Source: Chrysemys picta bellii
Lineage: Eukaryota
Assembly: GCF_011386835.1 (NCBI RefSeq)
Contig: NC_088804.1
Coordinates: 13,020,001-13,084,000 of the forward strand
Reading direction: 5' to 3'
DNA length: 64,000 nucleotides
The translations under genes and the position numbers were made by a program. Positions 28,751 to 49,525 of the stretch are shown here, piece after piece. The stretch's first letter is position 1. Each line of letters begins with the position of its first letter. The notes beneath the pieces are model-generated. The model was given only the letters and a program-made list of their open reading frames with translations, was not told the DNA's origin and searched no databases.

Positions 28751-29749
28751 AGGCATCTGAAGAGAGGGGATTTATAGATGCATAGATCCCAAGGCCAGAA
28801 TGTACTACTGTGTTCAGTGAGCTTGACCTCCTGTATAACACGGGCCATGGGAACTCCTCAGAATAATTCCTAGAGCACATCTTTTAGAAAACCATCCAAT
28901 CTTGATTTAAAAACTGTCAGTGAGGGAAATCCACCACTACCTTTTGTAAATTGTTCCAATGGTTAATTACTCTCACTGTTAAAAATGTACACCTTATTTC
29001 CAGTCTGAATTTGTCTAGTTTCAACTTCCAGCCACTGGATCATGTCAGACCTTTCTCTGCTAGAAATGTCTACACCTTTCTCTGGTACTTATACCCTGTA
29101 ATCAAGTCACCCTTTTAACTTCTCTTTGTAAAGCTAAATAGATTGAGCTCTTTAAGTCTATCACTATAAGGCAGGCTTTTAATTATTCATGTGGCTCTTC
29201 TCTGAACCCTCCCCAATTTTTCCAACATCCCTCTTGACTTATGGACACCAGAATTGGACAAAGTATTCCAGCAGTGATTGCACCAGTGCCAAACACAGAG
29301 GTAAAATGACCTCTCTACTATTTCCTGAGATTCCCCTGTTTATGCCTCCAAGGATCGCATTAGCACTTTTGGCCACAGCATCGCACTGGGAGTTCATGTT
29401 CAGGTGATTATCTGCTATGACCCCAAAATCTTTTTCAGAGTCACTGCTTCCCAAGATAGAGTCTCCCATCCTGTAAATATGGCCTACATTCTTTGTTCCC
29501 AGATGTATACATTTGCATTTAGCCCTATTAAAATATTTTTTTTTACCAAGAGATCTTGATCATTCTGTATTAGTGACCTGTGCTCTTCGTTATTCACCAT
29601 TCCCACAATTTCTATGTCATCTACAAACTTTATCCGTGATGTTTTCTTCCAGGTCTTTCTTCAAAATGTCAGATAGCATAGGATCAAAACAGCTGCCCTG
29701 TGGGACTCCACTAGAAACACTCCTGCTCACTGGTGATTCCCCATTTCAA
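28751..29749 (-). mobile_element. CR1 LINE 3' fragment (about 1 kb) upstream of g4
   Basis: ORF 29239-29469 (SSDSEKDFGVIADNHLNMNSQCDAVAKSANAILG..VILPLCLALVQSLLEYFVQFWCP) is CR1 ORF2; the paralogous empty site upstream of g6 (ggtcctttcc|atgttc, about 41893-41910) sets the boundaries. Confidence 0.85.
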
Positions 29750-30244
29750 ATGTTCTTGATGTAACAGCAGCTGTGTTAGGCAGCATTTCAGAAAACGAAA
29801 GGACCCTTGCCTCCCTTTGGAGATGGCATAGGAAAGAGGGACACTCCTGAGAGCATTTTATCTAATCTAATCATCATAGGGTCTCAACCTATTTCCTCAA
29901 ACATCCCATTACTACTCCTTCCCTTGCTCACAAAGCCTTGTGAGAAATTAGATTCATCTGCTGAACTGTGCTCATTTGTGCCCCCCGTCTGTGTTAAATG
30001 TGGTAATAGGCCATGTCATGTTACTTGTGGAAATTGAGAAACAGCCCAACCCACAGTCCTTACTGATTCTTAGGCCAGCAATAGCAGTGAACCACACCCA
30101 CACCTGGTTTTGAACACTATTAAAACCTGCTGTGGAAGCAGAGGCTTTGTGGAGTTGGTGACTTGTGGGATTTTGTATAAGAGTGTTTGACTGGAAGTTA
30201 GCTTAAGATTTACTTTACTGCTAATGTTTCTATTTTATGAAGGA

Positions 30245-32602
<2,358 letters not shown>

Positions 32603-32860
32603 ACTTCATGGTTTAGAACCAGTCCAGTGTACTGGCTTACCAGTGCATAGTTGTATTGCCTTATTTGCAATGTCTGAGAATAAAATATGGTGCTCATTTG
32701 TGGTGTGTCTGACTTTGCTTACAGGGTGCTCTAATTAAACTCATCCCTGTTGTGTGCCCCTGGCAGAAATGACTGTATGCCATATTATGGATGGATGGAT
32801 GGCTGTCTGTGCCTGGTTTGCTGCAAGCCCACACTTTCTGGGTCACAGATGAAGACTTGT

Positions 32861-33104
32861 ATCAGATGGGTAGCTGTGTTAGTCTTCATCTGTAAAAAGC
32901 AACAGAGGGACCTGTGGCACCTTTAAGACTAACAGAAGTATTGGGAGCATAAGCTTTCGTGGGTAAGAACCTCACTTCTTCAGATGCAAGACAAGATAGA
33001 TGCAAGACTTGCATCTGAAGAAGTGAGGTTCTTACCCACGAAAGCTTATGCTCCCAATACTTCTTCTAGTCTTAAAGGTGCCCCAGGACCCTCTGTTGCT
33101 TTTT
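32861..33104 (-). mobile_element. Second palindromic Penelope-like element end
   Basis: Inverted arms ending at 32990 and starting at 33008, 17-nt spacer; 16-bp direct repeat ACAGATGAAGACTTGT at 32845-32860 and 33105-33120. Confidence 0.8.
33011..33051 (+). ncRNA. Minimal hammerhead ribozyme motif; mirror copy on the - strand at 32947-32987
   Basis: Same sequence as 20203-20243 (GCATCTGAAGAAGTGAGGTTCTTACCCACGAAAGCTTATGC). Confidence 0.6.
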
Positions 33105-33439
33105 ACAGATGAAGACTTGTTCAGCTGGTAGTGTTAATATTAAATCATACTGAAGTGCCCCTATGTGCCTAAATGGCAGCTGCATCCCACAACAGGCACA
33201 TGTCCCATTTAACATGTAGTTTGAGGCCATTATTGCCCCACAAAGAGGGATAAGGACTATCTTTATTCAGGATTGTCACCTGCTGCCATAGGTGTGTTTC
33301 CTCTACCCATGTCCTTTATAGCTATAAGCCTGGTGCTCCACAGTCAATACCTTTGAATGATGATTGGCCCTTGTGAGGATGACTACTAATCATAGTCTAT
33401 CGCTAGCTGAGACAGCGGGGTGGGATAACTGGATACTGC

Positions 33440-33467
33440 TGTGTGTGTGTGTGTGTGTGTGTGTGTG
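33440..33467. repeat. (TG)n microsatellite
   Basis: Uninterrupted TG run. Confidence 0.9.
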
Positions 33468-34868
33468 AGATAAAGGAGAGGCAGAGCACCCTCTCTTCTC
33501 CTGAGCTTCCTAACAGCTGAGGAATTGTGCCATTGGTGTTACTAGGTTTAGAAATTCCCTGGTCGTGGGAGCACATGGGACCAAGATAGTTTTGTTACTT
33601 GAGGCTAGACCCACTCACTGTTGCATATACTTGCTACTCCACCTGAGTCAGGAAATCTCTGTGCACGTGGGTGGTCTCTGAGATCTCTCCTGCTTAGACC
33701 ATCCTCTCATTGGATACTATATATGTATATCCGCTCTGGCTGGAACCTACTCACCTGCTTCAGGCTAATATTGTAAATACATGTCAGGAGACAAAGGTGC
33801 AATCCTGCTCCTTTGTTCTGTGGCAGGATCACAGCTACAGAACCCCTTGCTAGGGTAAATGAGATAAAATAGTACTTTGGAAAAAAAAAGGAGGGGGGGC
33901 GGGGGACTCAAACACTCAGGGCATCTGTCTTCCAAAGTAGGGGGAGGAGCAAGAACAAACAAGAAAACCTAGTTTCCATTTTTAGGGTTTTTTTCTTGGC
34001 TTAGTAGATACTAGGGTGATAGGTGCCTTTGGAATAGCCTCTTTCTACCCAAAGAGAGCTGGGTTTTGAATAAGACATTACATTACCTTTGTTGGGAAGT
34101 TAGAGATGGGGCTGATGCCATTTGGTTTACAGAAGGTTTAATTGAAGATTTAAAGAAGGTGACAGCTTGAAACCTGTTTGTCCTCAAATATCCTGCATGG
34201 AGTAACACAGCACCGGAGAGCTACATAGACACATGAGGCCGTCAATAAACACACGGTTATTGAAAGCTGGGTTCTGTGTCGTCTCATATTCTAGCATAGT
34301 GATAACTGGAAGAGTAGCAGGGCCAAGCTGCTGTCAGTGTTGCTCTTTGCCTTTTCTGCTGCCCCCCTCCCTCCGTGTGAGATCTGGTACCAGCACCAGT
34401 GTTCAAGGTCACTGATTTTCTACAACTCATTGCTCAGTATCAAGGTACAGTTTGTGACTCCCAGTCTCTTTGAAGTTGTTTACAAAGGGAATCCTGCTTT
34501 AAATCTATGTTTAATTTGGGAGGAACAGATTTCCAAGATGGCTTAATATGTGAGATATTCTATGTAAATGGAGTATTGCCCTTACAGACGATTCAGAAAC
34601 TCCATTCTTTGACTCCCACATCCCTCCACTGCATGCATTAGCCAAAGGGTCATCTGTCACTTTCTTCTCTGATGTGGCTCTGGTATGCAGCAGGATACAT
34701 TCCTGATGCTAAGAGCTGCTTCCTAGGATTGAATGGAAGAGAAGACCTATCAGTGTGTGCTTCATTTTGTTTTTAAATTTTGTGGTTAAGAAATATGGAT
34801 GGCAGAGAGAGGGATTTCCCAGTGCCTCTGAACTTGTGACCCTTTGAGGGAAAACTGGATCCTGCAAC

Positions 34869-34996
34869 CAGGGGGACTGGAACAAGTTTCATAGTGGGGG
34901 TGCTGAGAGCCATTGAACCAAACTGTAAACTCTGTATATGATGGAAACCACCTCAAGCCGGGGGGGGGGGCAGCACCCCTAGTTCCAGCACCTTTG
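34869..34996. mobile_element. Short hAT-like MITE
   Basis: Imperfect TIRs CAGGGGGACTGGAAC ... GTTCCAGCACCTTTG; flanks CCTGCAAC/CCTGTAGT are a partial 8-bp TSD. Confidence 0.55.
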
Positions 34997-35649
34997 CCTG
35001 TAGTTGGGTTTTTGAGTATTCAGTCACTTCTTGCAATGCTCTGTCAGACAGACTTGCTGCATTGACATTAGCCAGGAGGAACAGACCTCTGCAAAACAAG
35101 TGGGATGCAGGATATTCTGTTTTTGCATTGCCACAAGAATAATTAGATGGCTGTTCTTGTTGGAATCATTGCCATTTTCACATATGCTGGCTGCTCCAAT
35201 CTATATCCCCGGGGCTCCCCTTGTGTCCCTCCAGTTCCCTTAGGTCTCCACTGCACTGCTTGAGCTGTCCTCTCCCGGTTGTACTTTTGCTGTTGTTATT
35301 TTTTCCTTTGTAGTGCCCATAACGAGCTGGGTGCTGCACAAATATGAGGGAAGGCGCAATCCCCGTTTACACTCCATTGTGATGCTCCAGCCTTTGTGCT
35401 TTCCTACCACAGTCTCTCCTGTGAGAAACCCCAGCCTACTAGAGACAGATCTGAACAGAGGGGATTTCAGAGTTCTCCATAGAACAGAACAGGGAGTTGC
35501 ATTAAGCAACATTTCAGATACCTGAGAGGCTTTGGTGTTCCTTGGGAAATGTCACAAGAAATGGGAAGCCATGTACAGTCCAAGGAACATATATCTAATC
35601 TCATGTGTATCTATTCTGTATGGGCATTTATACAGCCTCTATTATCATA

Positions 35650-35660
35650 GTGACTCAGCA
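35650..35660 (+). promoter_or_regulatory. Antioxidant response element upstream of g5
   Basis: GTGACTCAGCA, a perfect NF-E2/ARE match, followed immediately by TATATAAA (35663-35670). Confidence 0.6.
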
Positions 35661-35860
35661 CCTATATAAACATTCCTCCGGACACCCCCTAACACCTCTG
35701 TCCTTTCCTTCCCCACAGGGTGTTATTGGATTTATTTGCTGAGCCTGTCACTCTGTGTCTGGCTGCCATACACCAAAGGGGTGGTCATGGTAACAGGTCA
35801 AGTCATATTACTGAATCACCCCTTCATCTGTGGGAAGTGAGGAACAGCCCCACCCTGGAT

Positions 35861-35950
35861 GCTCATTGGTTCCTTGATGCGAATGAGATTTCCATTGGGC
35901 AGCAACAGCTGCCAATCACACCCAGGTGTGACTCAGAAGGGTATTAATAG
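35861..35950 (+). promoter_or_regulatory. g5 core promoter module
   Basis: ATTGG at 35865 and 35894, CAGCTG, CCAATCACACCC, TGACTCA, TATTAATA. Confidence 0.65.
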
Positions 35951-36046
35951 CAACTGTGACAGTGTAGGTGGTAGTCTTGTTGTGGTAGTGGTTGTCTAGG
36001 TCTTGATTCCAGAGTTAGTTTACTGCTAAAGCTCACAAAGAGAGGA

Positions 36047-38918
<2,872 letters not shown>

Positions 38919-40869
38919 ACTGGACTCGAGGGATATTGCTTATTTGGTGGCTCATCTGTATGTAGAGGAAACAAGAATTGAGCTAAATGTGAATAAAACA
39001 TGGCTTTCAGTTGTAACCTGACTCTGCCCTTTCTTAGTGTTAAATTGGCTTCAGTGAGTATGTGTCACTAATTACACTACACACAAACAGGGGCTGCACA
39101 TCCAGTGAGTGCCCTAGCAATTACTGTAGATAAAATAACACGCTTCTTGGTTGTGCCCACTATAGTATACATCTGGAAGGGAGCACACTCTACCACAGCT
39201 GGATGGTCATTCCCATCCTTTGCTGTTTTAACCTGTGAGTGGTAGGCTAAACAGATGCAGCTTATTTGCAGGTGTAGGAGTTTCTGCATCTTCTTAAAGT
39301 CACTTAAGCTAAGCTGGATCTATGCCTACCACCCAAGGCTGTTATACTGTTGATTCTCCAGTTAGTATCCCTACATCAGTGAGGTACACTCACAAGCATT
39401 GCTGCGGGTACTGAGTGGGGAAAAATTTTTTGTTCTAGGATTCTGATTAGGCAGAATGTCATGTAACATAACCTGCCCCTGCAAGCAGCTATAAAGTGTT
39501 CAGCTAGCGCTGTCCATGTACTGTCTCATAAGAGGTCTTCTGACACGGCTCTAGGCAACTTTTTTTTTTATAAAAACAAACCCTTCCTTAGTCTAAAGCA
39601 CAGATGGATTCTGTACATGTGCAGGGCTGTGGTGCTAGCTTTATGAAAACAGCAGTTGGAGAGCTTCCTGCCAGAGGAGCTTAAGTACACCGCAAGGATC
39701 AATATTTTCAGATGTTCCCTCTTCCCCCGCAACATAGAACCAGGCACCATATTGCTGGGCAAAGGAGAGTGTGTGTGAGGGGACAGCACACTGGCTGCTC
39801 AGCTTTCATTGCTATTTGTAGGCCTGAGAGAGGTGAGCTTTGCTTGTAGTTAGCTCGTGCTGGCTAGTGTCGCTGTAAACCAAATGCCATGGACTCCCCT
39901 CCTCTTCAGTATGGAACAGAATTCAACACTTTTCTCCGTTTACTAATAGGAAACTATTCTTTTCCCCCTCTTAGGCCAGCTCACAAGAGTTTAGTGCCAC
40001 CTTGGCTACTTAGGGAGGCTTAATACTTAGGTGCTGAAGGTTGGGATCTAATCAGATGCTGGCTTGAGATAGGTGATAAACAGAAGAATGGCAGGGACAA
40101 GCGGTTGCCAGTTTTGTTCTGCTCCTATTATTGCCCTTAACAGGAGAGACCAGTTGAGATGACTTGGGCTGCCTGGAAATCTTTGTTCCAGCCCCTGAAC
40201 TACAGCTGACACGGAGCAGCCTGGAGTTCTGCATCTGCATTGTATTAGGCATCTGTGGGCAACACTGTGACTGCGAGCCTGCTCAAGTTAGCTCTGCAAA
40301 TAGACATTGACCGTAATAAGCAGCTTTTTTCAAGCTGGTTGAATGTCAACAGAGACTATCTGATATTACAAGTTACTCAGAAAATTCATGGTTTGATTTT
40401 TCCCACTTCTACTGGGCATAAGAATGCAAAGGGGTCTCCTCTCATTTTACCCTCTGATGTGGGGTTGAGCAGAACCAGGATCAGATTCTTCCCCTGCTTA
40501 TGAAAATCCATTTATTAGAAGTGAAAGGCAGAGAATCAAAATCAGTGAGACAACTGAGAGAGACAGTAGCTCCTGCCACTGGCTCTCTTTAAATTTAGTT
40601 ATTTGCCGACAGGCCTGATATATTGCTAGCAGGCAGATGCTGGCATAAGGGGTGTGTGTTGCGGAGGGGGAAGGGGCTGTATTATGTAGTGAATATGCAG
40701 CCAGTAACCATTTGGAATAAAAGGCAGCAAAAGAAAGTTGGAAATACTGTAATCTTTTATTGAAGAAAAATGTCGGATATCAAATCATTGCAGGTGGGTC
40801 ACAGGAGTCCTACAGCCCAGGTTTGCCTGTTTCTTCAAAACACTTGCTTACATATTTATGCTGCTCGCC

Positions 40870-41487
40870 CAGGGGTGGGCAAACTTTTTGGCCCAAGGGC
40901 CACATCTGGGGTGGGGAAGTTGCATACAGGGCTATGAATGTAGGGTGGGGGCAAGGGGTTGGGGCACAGGAGGGGTGTGGAGTGTATGAGGGGACTCAGG
41001 GGAGGGGGTGCAGAGTGCAGGAGGGGGCTCAGGGCAGGGGCTTGGGGTTGGAGTTCAGAAGGGGGCTGCAGGTGCAGGAGGGGCTTGGGCTGCGGGCTCT
41101 GGCCTGGCGCCGCTTACCTTGAGTGGCTCTGCGGTGGCATCAGGGCTAAGGCAGTCTCCCTGCCCTGGCCCTGTGCCACTCCTGGAAGTGGCTGGCACCA
41201 CATCTCTGGGGAAAGGAGGGGGGTAGAGGGCTCTGTGCACTGCCCTTGCTGCAGGTACCTCCCCCAAAGCTCCCATTGGCTGTGGTTCCCCGTTCCCGGC
41301 CAATGGGAGCTGCGGGGGGCAGTGCCTGCAGGCGAGGGCAATGCATGGAGCCCTCTGCCCCACCCCCCAGGGACGTGGTGGCACAGGGCCAGGGCAGGCA
41401 GGGAGCCTGCCTTAGCCCTGCAGTGCCACGGGGGTGGCAATCCTGTGGGCCAGATTCGGCCCACGGGCCATAGTTTGCCCACCCCTG
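40870..41487. mobile_element. hAT-type GC-rich MITE
   Basis: Perfect 16-bp TIR CAGGGGTGGGCAAACT/AGTTTGCCCACCCCTG; 8-bp TSD TGCTCGCC/TGCTAGCC (1 mismatch). Confidence 0.9.
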
Positions 41488-42145
41488 TGCTAGCCCCATC
41501 AACTGGAAATGTAATAATGGAACAACATGCTGCAGTTGGCCACTAAAAACCCTTTATTGTCACTGACACCTTTAAGTGCAATTTTATGAATTGTGGTCAG
41601 CTTTACCTTTGGCTTTCTGTTTCTGTGATCATCGCTGCCAACTTTCATATGCCCCTGCTGCTACGTGCCACATGGCTGTTGCTCCCACACGGCCCCTCAC
41701 TCTCTCCTTGAGTCTCTGGAGCTCCATGTTTTCCCCATTGTCCATGTTATAGTTTTTGTTGTTGTTTATTCATTTCTGCTAATACCCTCAATGTGCTAGG
41801 TTCTGTACAAACATAAAGAAAAGCACAGTCCCGGCTGCTGTGACGTTCCTGATCTTGACTTTTCCTCCTGTGCCCTATCTTATGATAAACCTCAAGGTCC
41901 TTTCCATGTTCTCCATATAACACCAGCTGTGTTAGGTAACATTTCAGATAGCAGAAGGGCTCGTGCCTCCCTTTGGAAATGTCATAGGAAAGATGTTCAC
42001 TCCACAGAGCATTTTGTCTAATCTATGGTATATCCCTAAGTTAAGTATCTAGGTACTTATCTGGCAGCCATCATCATAGTGTCTGTCCTCCAAACACCCC
42101 ACTACTCCTCCTTCCCTTCCTTACAGAGCTATTGGGAAACTGGAT

Positions 42146-42614
42146 TGTGGGGTTCCATGCGGAGCGCATAAAGCACACGACCACTGTGGTTGCAGGCTGA
42201 ATCTGAATTCTGTTTATTGCAAGCTTTCTTTTATAGTTTTTCTCAACCTTACATAACACAATTAGGCTATAATCACACATCTACGGATTGGACAAGAAGG
42301 AGAATCATGTGTTTATCACATGTATAGCCCCACACCGATTGGTTCAACCGTTCCTTACATAAGGCCATGATTTGTTTACCTCATCTTATATAATCCTAGA
42401 CCACCAGGGGGCTTACATAAGGCCATGATCATTTTATATAATCCTAGACCACCAGGGGGCCTTACATAAGGCCATGATCATCTTATATAATCCTAGACCA
42501 CCAGGGGGCCTTACATAAGGCCATGATTTGTTTACCTGGCAAGAGTCCCATCGTGACCCTTACCTCCTCATGGAACTTTTCATTAGGTTGGTGTAGGGAT
42601 GATACATCCCCACA
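42146..42614 (-). mobile_element. Solo LTR of an endogenous retrovirus
   Basis: TGTGGGG...CCCCACA termini; exact 6-bp TSD CTGGAT at 42140-42145 and 42615-42620; minus-strand CCAAT boxes, TATAAAA (42229-42235) and AATAAA (42213-42218); absent from the paralogous site upstream of g4. Confidence 0.9.
42353..42538. repeat. About 49-bp tandem repeat (about 3.5 copies) in the LTR U3 region
   Basis: Unit CCTTACATAAGGCCATGATCATCTTATATAATCCTAGACCACCAGGGGG. Confidence 0.9.
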
Positions 42615-42759
42615 CTGGATTTGTCTGTTGAACTTTCCTCATTTGTCTCCCCTGTCTGCAGGGCCTAGGCTGCTAATTGGCCAGGTCATGTTACCTGTGG
42701 AAAGTGAGAAACAGCTTCACCCACAGCCCCACCTGGTTCCTTGGTAAGGAAGGGTGTTT

Positions 42760-42816
42760 CCATTGGGCAGCCACAGCTGTCAGTCACACCCACACCTGGC
42801 TTTGAACACTATTAAT
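42760..42816 (+). promoter_or_regulatory. g6 core promoter module
   Basis: CATTGGGCAGCCACAGCTGTCAGTCACACCCACACCTGGCTTTGAACACTATTAATA. Confidence 0.65.
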
Positions 42817-42939
42817 AGCAGCTGGCGTGGACCAGGTTTTGTGTGGGTGAGGAGTTGTGAGTTTTGTGCTTGAAGAGAAGTTGTTTTAAGCTTTAGCTTA
42901 TTGCTCATACTTTACTGCAAAAACCTTGCAAGTGGAGGA

Positions 42940-45821
<2,882 letters not shown>

Positions 45822-47099
45822 GCTCCAAACTCTGAAGCTGTCTAGAGTGCAGTCCTGATCTGTTGTCTCTTACAGCTGCTTGTGAGTTGCAATATCTGCA
45901 TATCCTCAAAATAAAATTTGCTATTTGTCCAGCAACTTAGTTTCTACTTTTATTTGTTGCTCTAGTCTACTTCTATTAGTAAGATGCTTCTCATGAACAG
46001 GGAACATCTAGGAAGAGTCATGGAGTATGACTTTGAAACCCTACAAGTTTTTGTCACAGGTGTGTGTTTTTGCTTTTTTTATTAAAGTCTATCCAGCTTG
46101 GACAAGAGGGAAACATGGTCTCATCATTGCCACACAAGAGCCAACTATCAAAACATACTGAGATGATGCATCATTAAGGCTTCAGGTACAGTTTCTTATG
46201 GAAATAGCCATAAGACAGGCTTGTGTTTTTTCCTGTCTATAAGCACATAGGTGTCATACACTAAATCAATTGCAGAACTAAATCATTAAACTGTACTGGG
46301 CTAGCCTCCTATTTGTCTTGTTTTGCCCCCAACACAAGGTGCTTTTGGTAGCCTCTTCAGTGAGGTGCTTCACCCTACACAAATATGGTACCACCGTAGT
46401 TACAACAAACTCTAGATTAGAGTTGCTATCTGACTCTTTTGCCTACATTGGGTTAGTTGGCTTCTGCAGCACTGAAGATGACCACAGCTATGTAACAAGG
46501 AGCTGGAGTTGAACCTAGTTCATTCAGCAACCAAACTGGCAAGTGTCATTTAAAATATCCTTCATTCTTTAGTGTGGATGTGGGCAAATAAAACCCCCTT
46601 CCTGTGGAAGGCTGTAGCTCAGATGTGGGTAGTCTGGCTTCCAGAGAGAGCTTATTCTCTTCCAATTACTCACTGCCACCCCCCCCCCCTTCTGGAAGGG
46701 GGAATAAACACTGCAATCCTACAGTAAGATTGCTAGAACAAGGCATAACATAGCCAGAGTCTAGGGAACAGATAACACACTCCTCTTTTTCTCCTCCCCC
46801 CCCCCCCACCCTGGGCCTAGTGTATGTGTCATAGTGCCAATACAGGGGTGGCTGGGAGATCCTACTCTGTGATAAGAGCTAGGCTTATGTCATACATCTG
46901 AAACTCCACCTGTTCTCTGTAGGCCTCCCAAATGCTTCCAGCCATCTGCTGTGGGCAGCTTAACCGACTAACCATCAAGGAGGTGGCCGATTTGGTTTCT
47001 AACAGAAGCCTGTGCTCAGACTGAGAGGGGATTATCATTGACATAGCTCAACATCAGGCACTGGTGAGCATCTCTGGTAGAAGGATGATCTAGTTGAGA

Positions 47100-47240
47100 A
47101 GACACAGGACTGGGACTTGGGGAAAGATTTGTTCAGGTCCTGGTTCAGCTGTAGAATTCCCTTGTGGTCTTGGTTAAGTAACTTAACCTGCCATATGCCT
47201 TAGCTTCCCCTTTAGCAAAATGGGTATAGTAATTCCTTAG
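47100..47240 (+). mobile_element. Old MIR-like fragment
   Basis: ggactgggact..cttggttaagtaacttaacctg..gccttagcttcccc..aaaatgggtatagtaat. Confidence 0.5.
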
Positions 47241-47526
47241 CGTAGAGGGGTACTCTTCATCTCCTCAGAGCCTCCCTTAGGAGGTGTTCAACAGGATTAT
47301 GTTGTCTCAGATCATGTTCAGTGTGCAGGTGGGTCTGTTAGACAGTAGAGACATGAGTGGCTAATAATCAATTAACCTAGGTGACATTAAGCTTTTCTGC
47401 CTCCAAAACAGCAATGGAGATGCTATGACAGGGTGTGAATGAGTGGGGTCTGGAGGACGACGACTACCTGACTGAGAATCAACATAAGCATGTCTCTAAG
47501 AATGCCTCTAGGAAGCATGGTACATC

Positions 47527-47756
47527 TAGGGCTGGCGCTTCCATTTAGGTGACCTAGGCGGTTGCCTGGGGGGCAGCAATTCAGCAGCGGAGGTCCTTCT
47601 GGGTCTTCAGCAGCAATTCTGCAGTGGGTCCTTCACTCGCTCTGGGACCCGCCGCCGAAGACCAGAAGGACCTCCTGCTGCAGAATTGCCGACGACAACT
47701 GGGAGCGTGGAAGGACCCCCCACCTAGGGCACCCAAAAACCCTGGTGCTTCTCCTG
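47527..47756. mobile_element. hAT-type MITE
   Basis: Exact 8-bp TSD GGTACATC at 47519-47526 and 47757-47764; GC-rich interior. Confidence 0.8.
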
Positions 47757-49525
47757 GGTACATCTGCTTGGTGTGGTGGAAATTTTCACCATATTGATCT
47801 TCCTTTTTCTTCTCCCTGTCATCTTGTTGGATCTGCAGCTGTAGTTTTAGGTGGGAAGACCGCATAGGAGGTGAGCTTCTTATGACATATTGCTACACTA
47901 GTAGGGTGAGGGAGATTCAGTTTTAATATGCACTCTAGATAATAAATTTGAATAAATGAATGATAGTACAGGGGCTTCCTTTTAGTTTTTTGTATGTTAT
48001 TAAATATGGTGCTAGTTAAATAAAGTTGAAAATTGCATGCAATTATAAACAAACAACTCTTTGGGAACAAGCAGCAGAGACAAGCCAGTTAATGCCTTTG
48101 CTATAATGCATAACATTCCCCCCTGAGCAATTTCATATACTTCCCCTTTTCTGTATAGGCTCAAGTTGTACTGGTACCTAAACATTCTTCAATGAGCTTC
48201 TCTCTAGGAGTGCTGTAGACTGTGCAGAAGGCCAGTTTCCTACATGCCAGAGCTTGTCTCCTAGAATTGAAGGGGTTTGATAAGAAGACAGGGTGTAACA
48301 GAATGACTTGGCTTATACCACAAGAGTATGTGCATGTGCACTCTGGATAAGGTGCCTGTGTGGATTACAGTGATAATACAGCTCCGTTGTGGGAACAAGC
48401 CACATCCTGCAAAACTGAGAAAGGTTTGAGGGAAAGTGGACTCGTTGGATTTCTGACCAGTCAATATTTTCAGCTGCTCTGCTAACAAGAGACACATACC
48501 TGAGGGGAGAGTGTGGCTTTATATGAGCTGTGTACATCAATTACTGATTATTGGAGGAGCTGGGTCCTTTCCCCCCAAAGTAATAAATACATTTTAATAA
48601 GGGTTGTAGAGGTGTGAGCATAACAAGAGCAGCTGAAGGGAGGGAGCCATAGACTAACATTTCTTCCTATTGGAACAGAGTACATTTTGCCCCACTGGTG
48701 ACTAAAGAAGAGAGCTGGGTGTGTGGGCGTCTGCCAGGTCAGAGGAGGAAAACCCCATTAGCTGAAATGGACATGTACCTAATTGCCCTCTTTCTATTTT
48801 CACTCTCTATGAGAGCAATGGAGCAGCTGTCTGATTTCATGTCTTGGTCTCTCACTGTTAATCTGATATATCCATGCTCCAGCCTCTGTTATGGCAGATG
48901 GTGGGATTCAGGAGAGATGAATGCTCTGGGAGAGAACTCCTATAGTAGGCCAATCTTCTCCTATGTAAAGAGCTCTGAAATGCCTCAGTAGGAATTAGAG
49001 TAAGTGACATTTGTACATGATACATTTGATATCACCTCTATCTCCCCCCCCCACCATTTTCTATCTTCTAATCTCTACAGGCCAGTGTGAGGAAACCACA
49101 TTTGTTTGTACACAGTGGGACACAAAATAATTTGTACCAGGAAACAAAATAAACCCAACCAACACCCCCTGCCCAACCCCCCAAATGGAGTGAATGTCCA
49201 GTTGCAGGAGCATTCTATATCACTAACCCGCTCCCTGGCTCTTGTCAGAGGTGTGGTTTTAACTGTAGATGTCATACGTCTGAATCATCCATTCACTAGT
49301 GAAATTCATTCACACCCATCTGCAATGGCTTGGTGAGGAAGGGACTTTCTAATGGGCAGCAGCTGCCAGTCACAGCCACACCCTATTTTGAACAGTATTA
49401 ACGCCAGCTGTGCCTAGGAAAGGTTTATACCTGGGCTCTGGCTTGTGCTTCTGCTTGGGTTGTGTTTGCTCTTGTTACAAATTTTTGCTACATCCCCGTC
49501 CCTGTTCAACCCCACAGGTATAGTG

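Noticed and set aside
40760-41546. Long GC-rich ORFs (up to 195 aa) on both strands
   Set aside because: They lie within a TIR/TSD-bounded MITE, are low-complexity, and show no recognisable domain.
42353-42538. CRISPR-like repeat array
   Set aside because: The repeats are contiguous with no unique spacers, lie inside an LTR in a vertebrate genome, and have no cas genes.
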